64,000 bases of DNA, from the IMG/VR virus record IMGVR_UViG_3300035115_000017, positions 2,342 to 66,341 of that record. One strand, 5' to 3'. The position numbers and the translations under genes are program-made. Shown here one piece after another: positions 48,711-58,600 of this stretch; the first letter of the stretch is position 1, and each line of letters opens with the position of its first letter. The DNA is from a virus. Under the pieces are notes generated by a model. It was not told the origin of the DNA. It made no database searches and worked only from the letters and a program-made list of their open reading frames with translations.

Positions 48711-49448
48711 ATGCTGAAAATCTACGACAAACAAGAGGACGTACCAGAAGGTCTACGTTCCGAATACAAGCAATCGGGGACGAAGTGGGTGCCGGATTTG
48801 TCAGAAGACCATCCGGTTCTCGTGCTTAGCAAAACTCTCAAGCAAGAGAAGGAAGTCGAGGAAGCGAAAGTGAAGAAACTCCGCAGCGACCTTGACGACG
48901 CGCTCGAAGCGGCCAAGACGAGCGGCGTCCCGCGTGGTCAGGCGCTGGTAGCAAAAGCTGACGCAGAAGCGTTGACTGGCTATAAAGCACTGGGGACAGT
49001 GGACGAAGTTACTGCCAAATTGACCGAACATGGCACGCTGAAGTCGGACTTGGACAAGCGCAAACGTGATGACTCACTGCGCCAAGTCTCGAAAGCTCTC
49101 GGCTTCAATGAGGAGGCATTCATTCGACTCCCGAACCAGCCCGAGTTCACCTCGAAGCCCGGCAAGGACGGGAAGCCCGAGTGGTTTGCGCAAATCAAGG
49201 ACGACAAAGGCGTGATCACGGAGAAACCTGCGAAGGAGTTCGTTGAGTCGTCCGCCGATATCGCCCCGTTTCTGCCGTCATTACAGGCTACGCAGAAACA
49301 AGTCGAGTTGCCCGGTGGACAGCTCTCAACCGAGCAGCAATCCGGCGACCCCTTCGAGTGGGCGCGCAATTTTGGAAAGAACTGGAATGAAAGCAGGCCC
49401 AGCACCGATGTCAAGGCCGCTTTTGGACTTAGCAACACGGCATCATAG
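48711..49448 (+). CDS. Capsid scaffolding protein
   Basis: EDVPEGLRSEY start, charged coiled coil, upstream of the capsid genes. Confidence 0.7.
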   Translation: MLKIYDKQEDVPEGLRSEYKQSGTKWVPDLSEDHPVLVLSKTLKQEKEVEEAKVKKLRSDLDDALEAAKTSGVPRGQALVAKADAEALTGYKALGTVDEVTAKLTEHGTLKSDLDKRKRDDSLRQVSKALGFNEEAFIRLPNQPEFTSKPGKDGKPEWFAQIKDDKGVITEKPAKEFVESSADIAPFLPSLQATQKQVELPGGQLSTEQQSGDPFEWARNFGKNWNESRPSTDVKAAFGLSNTAS

Positions 49449-49460
49449 GAGATTGAATCC

Positions 49461-49880
49461 ATGCCTCTATCGATTAAGAAAACAGTGGGCGACACCACAT
49501 ATGGTCCGGTGTTTATCGGCGACATCCTCGGGATGCAACAAGTGCTCGTGGATATTTCCACGCTCACTATTGACGAGGTAGATGCGGACGGGTGGCTCAA
49601 GCCGGGCGTAGCGTTCCAAAAAGATGGCACGTTAGTTAGCGCTGGCTCAGGCCAATTTGTTTACGCCGTGAACCCTGAACCGCAGAATCTGCGCATGGCA
49701 GTGCTGCCGCCGACGAATATCACCCTTGCCGCCGATACGCGTCTTTATCCTCTCGGCATGGGCACGATCGGAGAAGTCAATCGTGACATCGCCGAGGACA
49801 ACATGGGCCGTGCTTATAATTCCAATGAACTCGCCGCGTTTAACGCCGCTGGTTCTATGATTCACTTAACCAACACATAA
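49461..49880 (+). CDS. Head decoration/cement protein
   Basis: 139 aa between scaffold and MCP; DADGWLKPG motif. Confidence 0.6.
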   Translation: MPLSIKKTVGDTTYGPVFIGDILGMQQVLVDISTLTIDEVDADGWLKPGVAFQKDGTLVSAGSGQFVYAVNPEPQNLRMAVLPPTNITLAADTRLYPLGMGTIGEVNRDIAEDNMGRAYNSNELAAFNAAGSMIHLTNT

Positions 49881-49894
49881 GGAGTGCTTGAGCG

Positions 49895-50944
49895 ATGAGA
49901 TCACTTATCCCCGTAGTTGAGGAGCTATCGCCTCCCTCTCTTACTGTGGTGGCGCAAACTATCTCCCCGAATGATTCTGGCCGACTCCGCTGGTCTACTT
50001 TCTTTCCACGGCAGGATGTGGATTCGGTTGATCTTCGTGAAGTGACCACGATTGATTTCCGGCCTACTTCAGATCGCCGAGAGTGGAACTCTCGGGGCAG
50101 GCTGATTCCCGACAAGACTCCGCCTACACGCGAACTCTCGATCATTCCCGTTGAAGGCTATTACAAATGGAATGAATACGAGATGCAAAAGCTGGCTGAA
50201 CGTGCGGCGGCTAACTCGGAAGTGATCGATCAAATCATTGGTCGCTCGATTCCGGGCAAAGTGGCCCAGATCGTGGAGGCCAACTATCGCCGAATCGAAG
50301 TGGACGCCTTTACTGCATGGGCTACTGGTACGAACGTAGCAATGAATCCGCAGACAGGCACAACTACGGTGTTCAGCTTCGGCTTCCCGAGCGATCGACT
50401 CACCACCGCAGGCACCGCATGGGACGATCCGGGTCAGAACGCCTACGACTTGTTGATCTCCTTCATCGAAGACGCAATCGACAAGATTGGCCCGGTGGTG
50501 GGAGTAGTGCTGAGAACTGCACTTCACCGCGCTATTCATGCAGATGCGCCGAATGGTCCACTCGGCACAGTTATCCCGCGTGGACGTATTGCCGAGCAGG
50601 TGAGCAGCGATCTCGGCATCCCGTTCAACTTCTTCCTCTTCGATGACACGCTCGAAGTATTCACCGACGGTGGTGTTACCACTACCGCCGCAAACGTATG
50701 GCCTGCGGGTTACATTGCAGCGGTTCCGTCAGGTGGGGTAGTTGGACGTACTGCATTTGCTCCGGTGAAGCGCGCGATGGAAATGGTGCGCTCGTTACCT
50801 AAGGCGGGAATCGACCAGAATGGACAAACTGTCTACTACGACGAGTCTGTGATGGGCCGGGACTTGACCGTAGAAGTTCAAGTTAACCCCCTGACCATCC
50901 CCAATGAGCAGAAACTGCGCGTCGAAAACACACTCGTCACATAG
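49895..50944 (+). CDS. Major capsid protein (lambda gpE-like HK97 fold)
   Basis: 349 aa; FFP near the N-terminus, NYRRIE, TAWDD, VWPAGYI, C-terminal PLTIP. Confidence 0.8.
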   Translation: MRSLIPVVEELSPPSLTVVAQTISPNDSGRLRWSTFFPRQDVDSVDLREVTTIDFRPTSDRREWNSRGRLIPDKTPPTRELSIIPVEGYYKWNEYEMQKLAERAAANSEVIDQIIGRSIPGKVAQIVEANYRRIEVDAFTAWATGTNVAMNPQTGTTTVFSFGFPSDRLTTAGTAWDDPGQNAYDLLISFIEDAIDKIGPVVGVVLRTALHRAIHADAPNGPLGTVIPRGRIAEQVSSDLGIPFNFFLFDDTLEVFTDGGVTTTAANVWPAGYIAAVPSGGVVGRTAFAPVKRAMEMVRSLPKAGIDQNGQTVYYDESVMGRDLTVEVQVNPLTIPNEQKLRVENTLVT

Positions 50945-50953
50945 GAGTAATCA

Positions 50954-51172
50954 ATGGCTAAGGACAATCGCGAAATAGTACACGGCATCCGCGTAATGAT
51001 GGCTCCGAGCGAGGGACGTAGAACCGCACAGTCAAGAACGATTACGAGCGGCATGGAAGACGAACTTGCTGCCGCGTTCACGCAAAAGGAACTGGATGCG
51101 ATGAAAGAGCGTGGCGACATCACGGGGAACTGGAAATCGTCTAAAGGTAAATTCACGCCGAAGGAAACATAG
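50954..51172 (+). CDS. Small head-associated protein
   Basis: SD aggag; directly after MCP. Confidence 0.6.
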   Translation: MAKDNREIVHGIRVMMAPSEGRRTAQSRTITSGMEDELAAAFTQKELDAMKERGDITGNWKSSKGKFTPKET

Positions 51173-51216
51173 CTACGCTCGGCTAACGCCGGAGATCCCA
51201 GTGGTCAGGAGAGCTT

Positions 51217-51624
51217 ATGTGGTTTCAGAAAATTAACAATCGCCTCATGCGCACCTACTCGAACAACGGGCGCACCTACGGGGCGGTAGCCTACGGCGTT
51301 GACAGCGCGGGCAAGTTCATCGTTATTGGCACAACAACTGATCTTGTACTCGACTCGAACATCCAGAACGGAAAGTTGTCAGCCTATGGTAAGGGCTCGA
51401 TTGCACTGAATCCCGCAGGTGGGTTCTTCACCGTGGACGCAGATGGGTTGTGGCAGTCAGCGACGTTGACTACTGCGAGTCAAAGTGCTTCGCCGAGTAG
51501 TTCAGTATCGCCCAGCGCGTCAGGCAGTCCAAGTTCATCGGCGTCTCGCTCAGCGTCTCCCAGTGCCAGCGTTTCCCCGAGTGCTTCAGTTAGCCCGAGT
51601 CACTCAGCTAGTCCGTCAACCTAA
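51217..51624 (+). CDS. Putative head fibre/decoration protein with a Ser/Pro tail ending SPSHSASPST
   Basis: SD aggag; beta-rich ~85 aa plus ~50-aa S/P tract. Confidence 0.7.
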   Translation: MWFQKINNRLMRTYSNNGRTYGAVAYGVDSAGKFIVIGTTTDLVLDSNIQNGKLSAYGKGSIALNPAGGFFTVDADGLWQSATLTTASQSASPSSSVSPSASGSPSSSASRSASPSASVSPSASVSPSHSASPST

Positions 51625-51630
51625 TGAGAG

Positions 51631-51963
51631 ATGCCGTTACCAACGCCGACAGATGAGGATGTTGATTTTGTCCGGGAAGCGGCAGGTGAGGGAAGTTTCG
51701 AGTTCGTCGCAACGCTCATTGACAATTTGAACGACGCGCAATGGAGTCGAGCGCTGGATCTCGTCTCAGCGTGGAATGAATACGCTCCGGGCAGTGTGAT
51801 GGAGCTGGTGAACGGCGGTAGGGAAGGCGTAAACGAGAAGGATCAGGATGCGCTGATGGATATTCGCAGGCGGTTGCGATTGCTACTTGGATTGCCTGAG
51901 TTTCGCGAAGGTGATGGTGGATTCTTTCGCTCGACTTCAGTTCCTGTTCTCTGGGTATGGTGA
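51631..51963 (+). CDS. Head-tail adaptor-like protein
   Basis: Size and synteny. Confidence 0.5.
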   Translation: MPLPTPTDEDVDFVREAAGEGSFEFVATLIDNLNDAQWSRALDLVSAWNEYAPGSVMELVNGGREGVNEKDQDALMDIRRRLRLLLGLPEFREGDGGFFRSTSVPVLWVW

Positions 51964-51966
51964 TGA

Positions 51967-52329
51967 ATGGATCGTCCAACACGCATAGCGAGAGGGATAG
52001 CGAGAGCGCACGATCGACTGCGCAAGTTGTTCGTACAGGAGCAGTGCATCAAGTTACTGGCCGGAGATCAGAACAGTTGGGGGACGCCAATCGCCACTTA
52101 CGAATCCCACTGGTATCTCGACAAGCGCGAGTATTCAGACGTGATTGCGAAGAAGCGTTACAAGCGACTCGTGATCGAAGACTTGGAAGGGTGTAGGTTG
52201 AGTAAACTGAAAGCCATGACCGCCATACAGATCGGAGACGATATCTACACCTTCCACGGTAAGGATTCATTCGTCGGCGCAGTGCCCAGCTATGAGTTTA
52301 AGTTGCTGCACGCGGGGGTGAGAATCTAG
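51967..52329 (+). CDS. Head-tail stopper-like protein
   Basis: Size and synteny. Confidence 0.5.
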   Translation: MDRPTRIARGIARAHDRLRKLFVQEQCIKLLAGDQNSWGTPIATYESHWYLDKREYSDVIAKKRYKRLVIEDLEGCRLSKLKAMTAIQIGDDIYTFHGKDSFVGAVPSYEFKLLHAGVRI

Positions 52330-52772
52330 TGGCGGACGAACTTGTCACGGTCGAACTCGGATCGATCTTTCACAACTTCCAGTCGCGGGTTGAGTCACTA
52401 CGAGACGAGGTTGTCACGCAAGGTGCAAAGATTCTCCGCCAAGAGGAAGAGTCGAGTATTCGCCTGCGTTGGTATGATAAGGGAGTCACGCTCAGATCTT
52501 TGCAGGAAGAATTCATTACCGAGGGACAGACGCGCATCTATCGCCTCTTCCCGACAGCGGTGAGTAAACGAGGTGCTCCTTATCCGCTGTTTGGTGAGTA
52601 TGGCACCGGACAGGCCGGAGCACGCACGGGTGGACCAGCCCCAGCGGGTTACATCTACGGCGACTCAAAGGGAATGCGAGCGAGAAGATTTAGTCGCATT
52701 GCGGTGGCTCAAGCAAAGCCAAAGGTAGTGGCGAGGGCTAGTGAGCTAATCCGAAACTTTACAACGAACTAA
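52329..52772 (+). CDS. HK97 gp10-like tail completion protein
   Basis: DKGVTLRSL, YPLFGEYGT, GMRARRF motifs. Confidence 0.7.
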   Translation: MADELVTVELGSIFHNFQSRVESLRDEVVTQGAKILRQEEESSIRLRWYDKGVTLRSLQEEFITEGQTRIYRLFPTAVSKRGAPYPLFGEYGTGQAGARTGGPAPAGYIYGDSKGMRARRFSRIAVAQAKPKVVARASELIRNFTTN

Positions 52773-52773
52773 T

Positions 52774-53337
52774 GTGCCAGCACCGACCGCAAACCAGATC
52801 AAGACGCAGCTCAAGACGTTGCTGGGCCCGGTTATCGGCACGGCACTGACGAAGAAAGTTAAGATCTTTGACTACTTAGCACTGGCGTTCAAATCGGAAG
52901 AGGGAACGGAGGTAGCGATACTGAGATCGCCTCTGGACATCGCAACTCTCTCCGGTGGTGGGACGGTTCAGCGCGTGAATTGCCTGATGATTAGTGAAGC
53001 GTCACTCGGTCAGGCGAAGGTTCCGGTGAAGGAAGACTCGACGCGACTGATTACGACTCCACGCGGGAAGAACATCGTTAGTCGCCACTTTCGGCTGACC
53101 TACTTCTACCAGTTCGGCGATTCCAGTGAGAACACGTTCTCGACGAACATTGAACTCATTCGCACGACGTTGAACGCTAATCAGAAACTCGGATTCGCAG
53201 TTCCCGGCGCAGGCGAGTGGGTAGAAGGACATGACGAACTGCAAATGCCAGCAATGGACCCGGACAACTTCGGCACGACGGTGGTGCATGTGGGATTTGG
53301 GTTACTAACAGTGAGATTAATTGAGGCGCTTGGATGA
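52774..53337 (+). CDS. Tail terminator-like protein
   Basis: Synteny upstream of the tail tube gene. Confidence 0.5.
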   Translation: MPAPTANQIKTQLKTLLGPVIGTALTKKVKIFDYLALAFKSEEGTEVAILRSPLDIATLSGGGTVQRVNCLMISEASLGQAKVPVKEDSTRLITTPRGKNIVSRHFRLTYFYQFGDSSENTFSTNIELIRTTLNANQKLGFAVPGAGEWVEGHDELQMPAMDPDNFGTTVVHVGFGLLTVRLIEALG

Positions 53338-53879
53338 AGGTATCAGAAGCATTACGAATCGGCGACAAGCTCCGGCCCTCAGTTGGCACGCTCGGCGAAA
53401 GGTTTTGCTACGTCGAAGGACGCGGGCTCTGCTCAGACGCATGGGGCGCAATCATCGAGGCGATCATGCCTAAGGTGACGGAGTTCAACTGGAGCAAGCT
53501 TGACCCGTACAAGTTTGAGCGTTCAATGGATGCGTTTCGCGCGATCCAGCTTCAGTACTTCGCTTCGTACTTTCAGATGCCTGTGCGCTGTCCCGGTGCG
53601 CGACAACTGGTGACGAAGGTTGGGGGCAGGCTAGTTAGGAGATTCGGACAGGAGCCTGAATTGAAGACCTACGATAACTACGCTAAGGTCTCAAATGAAG
53701 GCGGCATCACAACTGAGTGCGAGAAGGTTGAGCATCTTGCCGGAATGATCGATCACTTGTTCTACAAGCATCGCTGGGAACGCAAGAACATCGCCACTGT
53801 GGTTGAGTGGTACGAGAACACGCGGTCACAGGCCGCAATTAATCGAAACTTTACTCATTACGCGGCTAACTACCGCTAA
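53334..53879 (+). CDS. Hypothetical protein
   Basis: ATGA overlap; 181 aa. Confidence 0.6.
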   Translation: MKVSEALRIGDKLRPSVGTLGERFCYVEGRGLCSDAWGAIIEAIMPKVTEFNWSKLDPYKFERSMDAFRAIQLQYFASYFQMPVRCPGARQLVTKVGGRLVRRFGQEPELKTYDNYAKVSNEGGITTECEKVEHLAGMIDHLFYKHRWERKNIATVVEWYENTRSQAAINRNFTHYAANYR

Positions 53880-53899
53880 CTTATTGACTGGAGGAAGTT

Positions 53900-54748
53900 A
53901 TGGGACTGTGGTCAGGACAAGGTCCGGTATTCTGGGCCAATCGAGACGCAAACGGAGACCCCGTGGCTCCCTTCACGTGGTTCGGCAATGCGCCGACTTT
54001 TGAGTTCGGTATGGCGGTCACGGATCTTACGCACAAAGAGAGCTATTCGGGGCTGCGGGCGATTGATGCGCGCATTGACACCGAGCTGAACGCCACGACA
54101 AATATCACGGTAGATGACTTCCGGGAGACGAATCTGGAACTCGCAACCAGAGGTGAAGCGAGTGCGTTGGCAGGTTCAACTGTCACAGCGGAACAAGTGC
54201 TCGCAGGTGCGCCGTCACTGAACACGCTCTATGCGGTCGCAGGTGCAACTGGGCGCGTCTCCGGCTTCTCGCTCACCGACAACGGCACGCCGATCTCAGC
54301 TACTAAGTACTCATGGGATGCATCAGGCGTGTTCCAGTTCAGTGACGTGGCAGGGATGACCGGGCCGATTGCGGCAACTTACACAAATGCTGCCAGTCGT
54401 CAGATCGGCGTGTTCAAACGCGCGGCTCCTGAGATCTGGATTCGCATGATTGGTAAGAACACGGCAGTCAACTCTGGGACCGACTTTGAGCGCGTGATTG
54501 TCGAGGCATTCAAGGTGCGACTCAGCCCAGCGGAGACGATCTCGCTGATTGGTGACGAATTCAACACGCTCGCATTCACTGGATCAGCACTAGCCGACAC
54601 TACTCGTGCGCAATCCGATCCCGAGGGCCAATTCGCGCGCTTCATCTACCTCGATCCGGGCGCAGCGGTGCCATCGGCTTCCGGTTCACCGTCGCCGTCG
54701 CCGAGTGCGTCAACTAGCCCGAGTCATTCGGCGTCGCCTTCGACGTAG
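53900..54748 (+). CDS. Major tail (tube) protein with a Ser/Pro tail ending SPSHSASPST
   Basis: WSGQGPVF...WFGNAP..F...HKESYSGLR...NLELA...KVRLSPAETISLIGDEF...GSALAD. Confidence 0.85.
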   Translation: MGLWSGQGPVFWANRDANGDPVAPFTWFGNAPTFEFGMAVTDLTHKESYSGLRAIDARIDTELNATTNITVDDFRETNLELATRGEASALAGSTVTAEQVLAGAPSLNTLYAVAGATGRVSGFSLTDNGTPISATKYSWDASGVFQFSDVAGMTGPIAATYTNAASRQIGVFKRAAPEIWIRMIGKNTAVNSGTDFERVIVEAFKVRLSPAETISLIGDEFNTLAFTGSALADTTRAQSDPEGQFARFIYLDPGAAVPSASGSPSPSPSASTSPSHSASPST

Positions 54749-54763
54749 GCGCAACTAACAACA

Positions 54764-54791
54764 GGGAGGCGGGCTTAATCACTCGCCTCTC
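54764..54791 (+). terminator. Hairpin after the tail tube gene
   Basis: GGGAGGCGGG-8 nt-CTCGCCTCTC; weak U-tract. Confidence 0.4.
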
Positions 54792-54811
54792 GTTCCTTCA
54801 GGGAGATCCCC

Positions 54812-55258
54812 GTGAGCAAGTCCGAACTAAACGACATCGAGAACGCGCCAGTCAAAGTGAGAGCGTTTGGCCGCGAACATGAAGTGCGTCGCTTTCCCCT
54901 TGGCAAGATGCAGCGGGCGCTCGAATACATCGCTCCACTCGGCTATCTCATGCGTTCCGCTGAGAAGGGAGATGTCGTCGAGACATTGGTCCAAGCCCTC
55001 GCCATCGGCGGCACTCCTGCAATCGGGCTCCTCTCCGTGCAAACCGACGAACCTCCCGAGTGGCTGGAAGACAAAGATCCTATCGAAGGACTCGAACTCC
55101 TTGCTGCGATCGTAGAGGTGAATGCCCGCTATTTTTTCGATTCAGCGAACGCGACGAGGCTGAAAGCGGCAGGCGCAAGAATTCAGCACGCCATCGAGAC
55201 ATTTGGTGGAGCTACGTCAACGAACTCGTCGAACACAAACACTCCTATCGAGACGTAG
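54812..55258 (+). CDS. Tail assembly chaperone (gpG-like)
   Basis: Between tail tube and tape measure; EVNARYFF motif. Confidence 0.75.
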   Translation: MSKSELNDIENAPVKVRAFGREHEVRRFPLGKMQRALEYIAPLGYLMRSAEKGDVVETLVQALAIGGTPAIGLLSVQTDEPPEWLEDKDPIEGLELLAAIVEVNARYFFDSANATRLKAAGARIQHAIETFGGATSTNSSNTNTPIET

Positions 55259-55614
55259 TCTACGAGTACACGATCGATCACGTGGAGCGGTTCCTGTTCG
55301 AGATTCGCGTGCAGGAACTGAGAGATCGCATCGTGGAGATTCAAAACTACCGTATCGCCCAGATTGCCGACGGGCGCAAATTCCAGTCCCAGATCAATAA
55401 GTTCGTCTTCGCGCTGAATCAACTCCTGCGTCGCGGCGCGCGTAATCTCCTCACCCCGCAGGAGCAGGCGTTGTTCGATAAGCAGCAGCATGTCGGGTTT
55501 GGCGAATTGAGCGAAGGGGAGCGGGTGAAGTTGAGGGGTGAGATTGATTCGATGTGGGGTCAGATCCCGGCGCACTTGCAGGAGAAGGCGCGGAAGCTGG
55601 CGGGCGTGAACTGA
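55132..55614 (+). CDS. Tail assembly chaperone gpT-like part, probably reached by -1 frameshift
   Basis: T TTT TTC heptamer at 55132-55138; the -1 frame is open to 55614. Confidence 0.7.
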   Translation, partial: FFRFSERDEAESGRRKNSARHRDIWWSYVNELVEHKHSYRDVVYEYTIDHVERFLFEIRVQELRDRIVEIQNYRIAQIADGRKFQSQINKFVFALNQLLRRGARNLLTPQEQALFDKQQHVGFGELSEGERVKLRGEIDSMWGQIPAHLQEKARKLAGVN

Positions 55615-55615
55615 G

Positions 55616-58600
55616 ATGGCTGACACGACTCGTTTAATCATTGAACTCCAGACAATCCTGCGCGGGTTGAATGAAACCCTGCGTGGATTGGACCAGATCA
55701 AGAAGAAGCTGGAGTCGGTGGCGTCAGTCAAGCTGGGTCAGCAGTCCAGCGTGGGGTTAGATCGTGCTGCCGCTGCAACTCAACGTCTCGCGAACCAGCA
55801 ACAGAAGCTTGCCATCCAGTCTCAGGAACTCACCAATCGTCAGGAACGTGCGCGCCAATCCACTGAGCGACTTGCCCTCTCGCACGACAGGCTCACGGCT
55901 GCGCAGCAACGGGCCGCACGCGCCAATCTTGGCCCGCAGATGGACGCGCATGTTCAGGAGTTCAAGAAAGCTGAAGCCGCAACGAAGGCGCTCAATGAAA
56001 GGCTGGCAACGACGGGTAATGCACTACGCAGCGTTGGTCAGGGACTTGCATCGATCGGCGCAACACTCACCGTCGCAGTGACGGCCCCGCTTACTGCGCT
56101 GGGCGTGACCTCAGTAAGTGCCGCAGTCGAACTGGACTCGCTCAAGCGCGGACTTACTGCAATCGTCGGCTCAGCGGACGAAGCCGGACGACAACTGCAA
56201 CGACTCACGGTGATTGCGAAACTCCCCGGCATCGGGTTCGAGGAAGCGATTCAAGGCTCGATACGCTTACAGGCTGTTGGATTCAGCGCAAAGGAGGCAG
56301 AACGGGATCTCCGCGAGTTCAGTAACGCGGTCGCACTCACAGGTGGAGGTCGAGACGAACTGGCGCGCGTTACGATCCAACTCGGCCAACTTGCTGCAAA
56401 GGGCAAGGTGCTGAGTCAGGATCTGCGTCCGATTATTGAAGCTGCTCCAGCGGTGGGACGGGCGTTGTTACAGGCGTTTGGCACAGTGAATGCGGCTGAT
56501 ATACAAGAATTGGGCCTGTCGTCTAAGGAATTTCTCAACACGCTGGTCGATGAACTGGAGCGGCTCCCGCGCGCAGCCGCTGGGGCGAAGAACTCGTTTG
56601 AGAATTTCAGGGATGAGATCTTCCGTGCGGCTGCTGTTGTCGGAGAGGCACTGCTACCTGCGTTGATCCAGCTTACTGAAATTGTCGGCCCAGTAGTGAC
56701 AAAGCTGGCGGACGTGTTCGCGAAACTACCGCGTCCAGTACAGCTAGTGGGAGTTGGATTACTTGCTCTCCTCGCCGCTGCTGGACCAGTGCTATTTGTC
56801 GTCGGTCAACTCACCCTCGGCATCGGACGACTGCTAGTAGGATTTGTCGAACTCAACGCCGCAGGCATTCTTCCGACGATTGTGAGCTTGCGTGGACTCA
56901 CAGCGGCTTCACTAAGCGCCGCCGCCGCGCAACGCACGCTCGGCATCTCGTCCATCGCCCTCGGCGGGATTGTCGGCGGGATCGCGGCTGTTCTCGGCAC
57001 GGTTATCGCAGCTTACGTTACCTATAACGCCTTCCAGAAAGATGCGGTCACGCTCAGCAAGGAGCGGGCGGACGCACTCACGGCGGAGATCGATCAACTC
57101 AAAGATCAGACTAAGTTCCTCGACGGGCTCAAGGTAGGCGTGAAGCGCACCGGGGATGAGCAGGAGCGGTTACTCGAAATCTACAACAAGCTCAACTCAA
57201 CTGCGCAGTTGCGAGTGGCGGGGGTTACAGATGAGGAGAAGCGACTGGGAGCACTGCGCGAGGAATTGCAGAAGCTTATCAACTTGCGTAATGAGGAGCG
57301 CACGCAACAGGCGGGCAATATCGCCGGACAACTTGCTAATACTCTGCAATCCATCGCGGCGAACGAGAAGGAGATCGACTCGATCACGGAGCGGATTCAG
57401 GCGAACAATCGTCTCGCTGAGAGCTTACGTGCGTCGGGGAAGATTTCAGATGAGAACTCCAAGCAATTAGCTCGTCAAGGGATCGTCGCAGGCGGGGATG
57501 TCCAGCAGGCACTCGGCGGCTTGCAGACTGAGTCGGAAAATCTGCTTGAGACGCAGAAAGCCCTCCGTGAGAACACGATCCAACTCAACGGCACAGCGAA
57601 GGAACAAGCTGAGACTCTTCGTGTACTGGAACGTCAGACCGGACTGAGTTCACGCGAACTCCTCACCGCCGCGAAGAACATGGGCGTGTTCAAGGGGGAT
57701 ATTGAGCAGACGCTCGTCCAACTGGATCGCTACGTGCAGCTTACCGACGAGGCCACGAAGGCTACTGATGCGTTTAGTCGGGCGTTGTCGCAGCAGGTGT
57801 CGGATGCGCTCAAGGCGGGAGATCAAGCTGACGCACTGGCAAAAGCACGCAAGGGATTGATTGAGGCAAATGTGGCGACTGCGCGTGAGGCTTCGGACTC
57901 GTTCGAGGGAGCGCTGAAGTTCTTCCGCGCTTTCATCGCGGCCCAGCCCGAGTTACAACGCGCCCTACAACGTGAGGCGCAGATCCAAGGGAAGACATTT
58001 GACGAAGTTGTTCAGAAGTCGTTACAGGACGTGTTCAAAGGTCGCGACAAGTCCGGCACTTCGCTCCGCAACGCCCAACAAGAACTCGCTAAAGCCCTCG
58101 CTGAAGTCGCCCTCGCGTCAGGTGAGGAGCAGGTGCGAATTGAGAAGGAGACGAATGAGCGGAGGTTGCGGGCAATCGAGGTGGCCCAGCGGATTCAACT
58201 TCTCTCCTATCGCGAGTTCCTTGAGTCGAAAGCTGAATTGACTACGGCGAGTGTTGATAAAGAGATCGGTCAGCAAGTCAGAGTTGCCAGAGCGGCAAGA
58301 GACTTACAGATTCGCCTGCTTGCTGCGGCTGAGGTGGGGGGAATTCCTGCTGCTGAGCGAGTGAGACGACAGGCTCAAGCAGCGAAGGCGAACGAGGAAG
58401 CGATTAAGGCTGAAGGGAAGTTGAATCAGCTCACTGCGCAACGTGAACAGTTGCAGGTTGATCTACGGCAGGAACTTGCACTCTCTCAACACGAACAAGT
58501 CAACGACATTCGTCAACTCGACATTGAACTCGCGCAGTTGCAGGGCCATGTTGAGGATGCATTCAACGCGGAGACAGTGGACAGGTTCAGGGAGAAGTTG

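Noticed and set aside
48980-49630. 216-aa minus-strand ORF
   Set aside because: Antisense shadow of the scaffold and decoration genes, with no motifs
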